Shown here in pieces: positions 34,658 to 41,593 of a DNA stretch of 41,593 bases. The notes under the pieces are model-generated. The model did not search any database. It was given only the letters and a program-made list of their open reading frames with translations, and was not told the DNA's origin. Within the stretch, counting starts at the first letter, position 1. Every line of letters begins with the position of its first letter. A program made the translations under genes and the position numbers. Source of the stretch: Guillardia theta CCMP2712 (lineage: Eukaryota; Protista; Cryptophyta); assembly GCF_000315625.1 (NCBI RefSeq), contig NW_005434592.1, forward strand, positions 355,383 through 396,975, in the 5' to 3' direction.

Positions 34658-36763
34658 ATGTGGTATCTATCCAAAGAGGAAAGGAAACAGATTGCTCGTG
34701 TCCGAGTTTCCCAGTTCCTAAACAAGGACACGACACCTTCAGCACCTTCGCTAGGAGAGCTGATCCGAAGATTGGAACACTTCGTCAGGCAGTACCCTCA
34801 GAGCAGGACAGGCAGAGCCTTGCAGTCCAAGGAAGTCTCGATGAACGCCTTAGCCGAAGCCATTCGACAGACCTGCAAACATGCTGAAGTCAGGAGCCAG
34901 GAGGATGCCATCAAAGAATGGGGGGAAGAAGGACAGTCGTGGTATGTCTCTGCATGGAACGCAGACAAACAGGAGGTACTAGACAAGAGTGCCTGCATCG
35001 ATGCTTCAGGAGCGTCCCCCGAGAGTGGTAAACTGATTACCATGGCTATCCTCGGAGTTCCTACCCAGTACATAAAACAAGTTGAGGTACTGTGTGAGAA
35101 GTTGAAGGATCAAGGACTCTTGGTGCACGAGGAGCAGGGCAAGAAATGCATCTCGTGGAGAGCCCCGATCAAGAAAGATTTGATTCCGACAGTGGATGAA
35201 ATCCCAGTCGTGGCAACACTCCAATTGAACGACGCAGCAGAACTGCTGTGGAAAGGACAGACGAACTTCAGGATCGACGGAAAGATGATCCGCGCGGTGA
35301 ACGCGCATTCGAAGCATCCTTGCTCCTTCAAGATAAGGCCACAGAAGGATAAGCACTCTGGCAAGGCGGGGGCCCTAGCTGAGTTCTCTCACCTCCTCAA
35401 GATGAATGGCATGAACTCAGCTGGGATTACGGAGATCTATCGTCAACACCTGCTGCAACAAGGAATAGCTGTGTTGGAGGTGCAGCCGGAAGCGGGCATG
35501 CAGCTAGAGGTCAAGACGAAGAGGAGACCTCAAGGTCAGCCCAACAAACGCACTTTCGCAGCAGCCGGAGTGGACGAGATACGACAAGGAAGAGAGATCG
35601 ATTGGATTGCGAGATGCTCTTCGACGGACGTCCTGAGCACCACGCTACGGATGTTTGAGGGAGATGACAGGAATGGAGGAAGCATACACCTCGGACTGAT
35701 GTCGGAAGATGAAAAGATCCTCAAATGGTTCACTACTCAGGTTAGTGCAATCACCAGGGTAACGAGACAGCATCCAATTAGGTTGGACTTCTTGCCCGAC
35801 GCGCTAGGAGCAGTACCACGAAGAGTGACCTATGAGGTGCTGGTCAAGAGTAAAGCACAGAAGGGAAGGTTCACAAGAGAGGAAGCTGAACAGATCTGCG
35901 ACGGGGAGGATCTCTCTATGGGCATGACAATTCGAGGACTGAGACGGATCGTGGCGAGCTGGAAGGAGTCAGCGGCTGAGCACATCGTCAAGATCTCCTC
36001 GAAGGAAGATGTCGAGACCAACAGCTGGAACGGTGAACATCTAGTGCTCAGCTTCTCAGAAAAAGAAACGGCGATCGACATACTCAGGTCCTTTGCGCCA
36101 TGGGACAGGGCGGGGAAACTTCTTCTCCTAGAGCCAGGCAGTGCCAACCTTTGGGAAGCGATCGCTACAGAACCCCCCACGGAGCCTCTGTGGGCACAGG
36201 TAGATCTCGAACGGATCGAGAATGAGATCAACATCCCAGAACCAGAGGCAAACGTGGTCCTCGAAGACATCTACAAAGTTCTGGAGGAGACTGTCAACCA
36301 GGGACAGAGTGCAGAAAACCAAGCTTGCAAACTCAGGCTCGATGGAGCCATCGTCGGCCTGTACGACAGCTTGTCATCTCCTGGAAATGCATGTTTTCCG
36401 ACGCTGAAGGAATGGGCGGAATCATCCTCGGCAACCCAGGACGACGACATGCAAGTTTTGAAGAGTAAGATTGCAAGAGTAAGCGAGCAGCATGCGTGGG
36501 AGACGGTAGCATCAAGAAGACGCCAGGGAGCCTTTGCAAAAGCAACAGGGAGAGGAGGGGAGAAACAACAAAAAGAATTTCGAACTGACCTGTTGTTTCT
36601 TGCCCTGAATAAATTAGTTCTCACAGCTACGCTAACCTACCAAGGCAGCGTTGGCTCGGGAGACGAAATTGAGTTTCTCTTGAGCAAGGCAGAGGAGGAG
36701 ATGGGACTGGAGATGGAAGAGGAGAGTGGCAACCAAGAGGGAGAGGTTGCCTCTCAACTCTAA
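34658..36763 (+). CDS. Retrotransposon ORF1 protein (~700 aa, no recognised domain)
   Basis: Long intronless ORF ending 9 bp before the ORF2 ATG; homologous to the family B ORFs. Confidence 0.85.
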   Translation: MWYLSKEERKQIARVRVSQFLNKDTTPSAPSLGELIRRLEHFVRQYPQSRTGRALQSKEVSMNALAEAIRQTCKHAEVRSQEDAIKEWGEEGQSWYVSAWNADKQEVLDKSACIDASGASPESGKLITMAILGVPTQYIKQVEVLCEKLKDQGLLVHEEQGKKCISWRAPIKKDLIPTVDEIPVVATLQLNDAAELLWKGQTNFRIDGKMIRAVNAHSKHPCSFKIRPQKDKHSGKAGALAEFSHLLKMNGMNSAGITEIYRQHLLQQGIAVLEVQPEAGMQLEVKTKRRPQGQPNKRTFAAAGVDEIRQGREIDWIARCSSTDVLSTTLRMFEGDDRNGGSIHLGLMSEDEKILKWFTTQVSAITRVTRQHPIRLDFLPDALGAVPRRVTYEVLVKSKAQKGRFTREEAEQICDGEDLSMGMTIRGLRRIVASWKESAAEHIVKISSKEDVETNSWNGEHLVLSFSEKETAIDILRSFAPWDRAGKLLLLEPGSANLWEAIATEPPTEPLWAQVDLERIENEINIPEPEANVVLEDIYKVLEETVNQGQSAENQACKLRLDGAIVGLYDSLSSPGNACFPTLKEWAESSSATQDDDMQVLKSKIARVSEQHAWETVASRRRQGAFAKATGRGGEKQQKEFRTDLLFLALNKLVLTATLTYQGSVGSGDEIEFLLSKAEEEMGLEMEEESGNQEGEVASQL

Positions 36764-36772
36764 AACCGAATC

Positions 36773-37726
36773 ATGACAGGAGGAGGAAGGGAGGAGGAAG
36801 GGGGGAGTGCCGGGAGTAGGCAAGGGGGGGAGATGGAAACGGTTTCAAAGGAAACGCAACATGTAGATAGAACACTGTATTTTTTTGATTGGATCGAGGA
36901 GATCCCATGGTCAGACAAACGAGGCGACAAGGAATTTGGCATCACTGCCCTGAACAATCGAGGAGTAAGCGGATTTTTATGCGAGAACATGATCGAAGTT
37001 ACTCTCAATGAGATGAGCAAGGCTCTTCAAGGAGGACGAGCAATACATATGGTACGCAAAGGGAGAGCTCGTGAGGACCAGCAAACGCGGAACATCATCT
37101 TCTTGCCAAGGGTAATATCCAGTCTGCGAGACGAGGCGTCCCGCTTGAGAGTCGGGAACAGATTTCACCTCAGCAGTTTGAGAGATGAGCAACACACCTT
37201 CCTGTTCCCAACTATCATCCACAGCAACCACTGGATTCTAATTGCATTAAGATATGATCGGCGATGCGCGTACATCTTGGACCCCCTCTGCGAGGACAGA
37301 ACGAGCACAACGAGGGACCCACGAGGGATCGAGGGAGCGAGGAATCTTGTAACAACGGGGGAGCACGCAAAAGGAGCAAGAGAAATGGCTGAGCTGACAA
37401 TCGGAGTGATCGAACACATCTTTGACGATCAGACCAATGCCCCATGGCAGATACAGTGGTGCTCAGCCTTCCAACAGGAAGATAACTTCAACTGCGGAGT
37501 GTTCGCTATCCTTCACACCCTACTGCTCTGCGAGACAAATCAAGACTGGCTAGCAACGATGGAAACGAGGACAAGACTAAGACTTCCGCAAGAATGGCTG
37601 ATGCAAACCAGAACACAACTGATTGCAGCTCTCACCCATCTAGAGAAGATGGAGGAAACGGCCCAGGTAATTCTGCGATCTCTGCCGAAGGAGGCGAGGG
37701 TGCAAGAGAGGAAACGGCCCAGGTAA
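36773..37726 (+). CDS. ORF2 part 1: Ulp1/C48-like cysteine protease domain
   Basis: FLFPTIIHSNHWILIAL...YILDPL...FQQEDNFNCGVFAI gives the His-Asp-Gln-Cys catalytic order of clan CE (SUMO protease) peptidases. Confidence 0.85.
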   Translation: MTGGGREEEGGSAGSRQGGEMETVSKETQHVDRTLYFFDWIEEIPWSDKRGDKEFGITALNNRGVSGFLCENMIEVTLNEMSKALQGGRAIHMVRKGRAREDQQTRNIIFLPRVISSLRDEASRLRVGNRFHLSSLRDEQHTFLFPTIIHSNHWILIALRYDRRCAYILDPLCEDRTSTTRDPRGIEGARNLVTTGEHAKGAREMAELTIGVIEHIFDDQTNAPWQIQWCSAFQQEDNFNCGVFAILHTLLLCETNQDWLATMETRTRLRLPQEWLMQTRTQLIAALTHLEKMEETAQVILRSLPKEARVQERKRPR

Positions 37727-38099
37727 TTCTGCGATCTCTGCCGAAGAAGGCGAGGGTGCAAGAGAGCTTGAAATCGACGACAAAGCCGGAGGAGGAGGTA
37801 CAGCCAAACGCAATCCAGCGGCTGATGACCTCGACGACAAAGCTTGAGGAGGAGGTACAGCCAAACGCAATCCAGCGGCCGATGACCTCGACGGCAAAGC
37901 CTGAGGAGAAGGTACAGCCGATCGCAATCCAGCGGCAGGCGACCACCACGAAGCCCCAACCAAGACTTTTTGGTGAGGAAATGGAGGAGAATGCACACTC
38001 AGGAGAGAAAACCTCCCAGAGAGGGAAGGAGCGGAGGGGGAAAAGGCAGGAGGAGCAAAGGGGCAATGATTGGGCGCAGATGCATCGAAAAAGCTCAGA

Positions 38100-38885
38100 C
38101 CCAGGTTTCCTCATCTCACAAAATGTGAATGGTTGCAATCACTTTGTTCTCAAGCACATCCTCGCATACTTAATCCAGTCCTTCCAACCTGGGGTTGTGC
38201 TACTACAAGAGGTAAGGGTCTCGGCCCGCGACGAGAACAAATTAAGGAAGATGATCAAGGAGAACTGGGCCTGCTACAGAATCTTCCTGGGGCCTGCAAA
38301 GATCAATGCCAAGAAGGGGAAAGGAGACCTGAGGTTGGTAACGCTGGTCCACGCTTCCCTCTCGCCTTCCCCTTCCCATGCCGCTCAGGCGTGCAACAAA
38401 GAAAAGAAATATCGAAACCGAGTGTTTTCGATCAAAGTCGGAACAGGGAAAAATTCTTTCGTAGTCACGAACCTCCATCAGGTACCGGCGGAAAATGCTA
38501 CACCTCGCTCTGGGAACGAGAGAGACACACATCATAGCCGGAGACTTTAATGCAGCAAGAACCAACACAACAACACCAATGCGGAGAGGATATTCCCCCT
38601 CATCTATCACCGCAAAAGCAGATGAGAGATTCGAGAAATTCCTGGCAGACCTTTCCGCACACCGTACACTCTCATATGAACAGATCAGCGAGACTGGGAC
38701 AACATTTACCTTCTCAACATGGTACAAACAAGAATTGATAGAAGCCAAACTCGACGCAGTCCTCGCTATCCACCCCCCAACTAATGAGGACAACTTCCCC
38801 AACATCTCCCTTCAATCGTGGACGGTCGACGGCTGTGTGATAGGGGGAGCAGTTGATCACAGAGCCCTGGTGGTGCAAGTGCACA
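38100..38885 (+). CDS. ORF2 part 2: apurinic/apyrimidinic-like endonuclease (frameshifted near 38500)
   Basis: ISQNVNG, VVLLQEV, IIAGDFNA, TFTF, KLDAVL and VDHRAL motifs, split over two reading frames. Confidence 0.9.
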
Positions 38886-39986
38886 CCAAGTTCACATCCG
38901 AGGAGACGCAGCTAATCCCACGAGTGGAAGTGCATCAGATGAATTCACGACAGAAGAAGGGGGAAACCCCTAAAAGCAGATGGGTGCTGGATCGCGATAC
39001 GTGGGAGGAGGAGAAGATCGAATGGGCGCAACAACTAGATGCAAACATACGAGACATGCGAGCTAAGGCGCAAGAATGTAACATTTGTGAGATGCTCGCC
39101 AACTCTCTACCACTAAAGGAGGTGAAAATCAGAAAGGGAGGGAGGCGACACGCGAACAAAGAACAAATGGATTTGAAGAGATCGATCCGCAACTTGCGGA
39201 CTAAACTTAGGGAAGCATCACAGCAAAGACCAGCGACTGGAGTACCTACGGAAGCTACATTACAACGAGAATTGCGAACTAAGATCGAGAGGTTCAGAAC
39301 GATATGTGAAGAACAAAACAACGAAGTTTTCCAAGAGATCTGCCAACAGCAGCAAACACGGCTTGGCACGGTAGGCAGCCGTGAATCCCAGAATGCAATG
39401 GGACGCAAGAATGATTTCACTCCCAAAGAACCGATGATAAGTCAAGACATCAAGAAAAAACACCCTAACTCCCTTCGTTGCCACAAAGGCTTGGCTCTTA
39501 GACTGCTCGGCAAGATAGTCGACAATGCCGACGAGCTCATCAACCAACTCGAAGCAACCCTATCTAGCGAAGACACGAGGGGTGTTAGAGCATTTTGGAG
39601 TGCAAACCAGCAACTGATGATTGGGATCGAGCGAGAGGGGACAGATGACTGGCTCTTTCTATCACTGCTACCTGCAAACACAATCACGAAAGCAATTGTA
39701 GCACTAGAAGAATCTAAGCGCTGGTAATGNNNNNNNNNNNNNNNNNNNNNNNNNNNNNNNNNNNNNNNNNNNNNNNNNNNNNNNNNNNNNNNNNNNNNNN
39801 NNNNNNNNNNNNNNNNNNNNNNNNNNNNNNNNNNNNNNNNNNNNNNNNNNNNNNNNNNNNNNNNNNNNNNNNNNNNNNNNNNNNNNNNNNNNNNNNNNNN
39901 NNNNNNNNNNNNNNNNNNNNNNNNNNNNNNNNNNNNNNNNNNNNNNNNNNNNNNNNNNNNNNNNNNNNNNNNNNNNNNNNNNNNAC

Positions 39987-41593
39987 CACCTGAGGGGGGT
40001 GCAGCTTTCAAGGAGACAACAACAGGAAATCACCAGACCCCTGGCACCGGGAGAGATTGATGTCTGGCTCGCCTCGGCGCCGAGACGAAAGGCTGCAGGA
40101 CTTGACCTCATTTCGAACGAAGTGCTGCGGGCGCTGCCACCAGCATGCCGAGAGGAAGTTGGCAAGTTAGTCAATGCAGCCCTAGAAGGCAAAGCTGAGG
40201 TTCTCAACAAGACAGCGAGAGTACGCCTCCTGCCAAAAAATCAATTCTGTCACATTCTCGAAAACATGCGGCCTATATGCGTCATGTCAACGCTTACTCG
40301 GCTGGTTCAGGCAATCCTGGCGCATCGTCTGAGTAAGACAGTAGAAGCAAATAACGTCCTCACAAACTTCCAGGAGGGGTTCCGTCCAGGCAGAAGCACA
40401 AGTCGGCAGGCTCATCGACTGATCTCGATCGTAGAAGAAGCAGAAGAGGCCAAAACGTCCCTCATTCTCTTGTACCTGGACTTTGCGAACTTCTTTAACA
40501 ATGTGGCAATCGAGGTGGTCGAGCAGGCAATGAACAGCCTAGGCTTCCATCCTGAGGACATTAGAACTGTGATAGCCTGCAACAGTGGAGTCGAGCTGCA
40601 AATACAAACAAACGAGTTCAACACAGGGAAAATACCTCTAATGATCGGGCTGCCTCAAGGTGGAGCAAGTAGCCCACAACTGGCCAACTTGGTGCTATGC
40701 ATCCTCTCTAGGCAATTGGACAAGTGCAGCACAGGAACAACAAACAACCTGTCCTTCGCCGATGACATGGTACTCATCGCACACACGATGAAAGAAATGC
40801 GAGAATTGGTAGCAGTGGTGGATTCCTTCTGCAAATGGTCAGGACTGCAAATCAACAATAAGAAATCAGAGATAACCAGCTTCGACTATGCTCGCAAGGG
40901 AGAGGTTCCTGGTGCGAACAAAATAACGGTCATGGGGGAACCTGTCGAAGCCCTACCGGCTACTAAACCGTTCAAATATCTCGGCTATCGCATCTCTCTG
41001 TGGAAGGAAGAAAGACGAAGAATAAAGGGCTGCCCTTTCACTTGGGGAGAACGAGCATACGTCTTTGAAAAAACCAAAGAACTGATCAAAAACATCAGCT
41101 CGTCGAGTTATACTCCTGCGCAAAAATTCTACCTGGTGAAAGTTGGAATTCTCAACGTCTTTCGCTACTCCGCAGTCATGACTGGATGGACTTGGCGAGA
41201 TCTACAAGAATTAGATCAACTGTGGATCAGAGCTTTTAAACAAGCGTTAGGACTGAGCAAAAGTACAGGGAATGGTATATTCTACCTGCCAACAGAGAAT
41301 GGAGGGCTGCAGGTCCCTCATCCTGCCCCAATCCTAGGGCGAGCAGCGCTACGATACATCGAACGAGAAGTGAATAGTAAGCATGGTGGAGACATCCAAG
41401 ATAGACTGATATCTAAACTCAGAAACTGGTTTGCGGAATGGGGATGCCAAACAATCCTCGAGCTCCAAAGAGAAATGAATTTTCGAACTATGGAGCGTGA
41501 TGTGGTGCGGGGACCCGAAGCTTTAGCAGTCTGGCTGGCGGAAAAACTAAACACGAGGATCAGCTGGGCCCACATAGAAGCAGGTCACCTACC
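39987..41593 (+). CDS. ORF2 part 3: non-LTR reverse transcriptase, open to the window end
   Basis: Manual translation: KAAGLDLI, LLPK, MRPICV, FQEGFRPGRST, LYLDFANFF, GLPQGGASSP, FADD (40755-40766), GLQINNKKS, FKYLG, YLPTENGGL. Confidence 0.95.

Larger units (their letters stand above)
34550..41593 (+). mobile_element. Family A non-LTR retrotransposon inserted in telomeric repeats; continues past the window end
   Basis: Starts right after TTTAGG. Intronless ORF1, then ORF2 with protease, APE and RT motifs. Confidence 0.95.

Noticed and set aside
34550-41593. Firm clade assignment (e.g. Dualen/RandI) or telomerase/Penelope identity
   Set aside because: The C-terminal domains lie outside the window and no phylogeny could be run. 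The APE domain excludes TERT and Penelope-like elements.

Overview
Intron-rich eukaryotic nuclear DNA with many ~45-60 bp GT-AG introns, microsatellite-filled introns and TTTAGGG telomeric repeats. The style suggests a cryptophyte alga such as Guillardia theta (inference only). Bases 1-31 kb are a compact gene region: the 3' end of an alpha/beta hydrolase, a truncated GT41/OGT fragment, a PDI, a membrane protein, Trm5, FHA and Sfi1-like repeat regions, a secreted protein with two methyltransferase-like domains, a 137-bp satellite with a long hairpin, a thioredoxin-domain protein, RNA Pol III C11 and hypothetical genes. From ~32 kb the window becomes a telomeric array. Four (TTTAGGG)n blocks alternate with retroelement pieces, all sense on the G-rich strand. 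Family A is a long non-LTR element: a novel ORF1, then ORF2 with a Ulp1/C48-type protease, AP endonuclease and RT. Family B has a diverged homologous ORF1 followed directly by a 3' UTR and a (TAA)n tail, with no ORF2. Together they look like an autonomous plus ORF1-only pair of telomere-targeting retrotransposons, analogous to TART/HeT-A but sitting within telomerase-type repeats in SART-like orientation.
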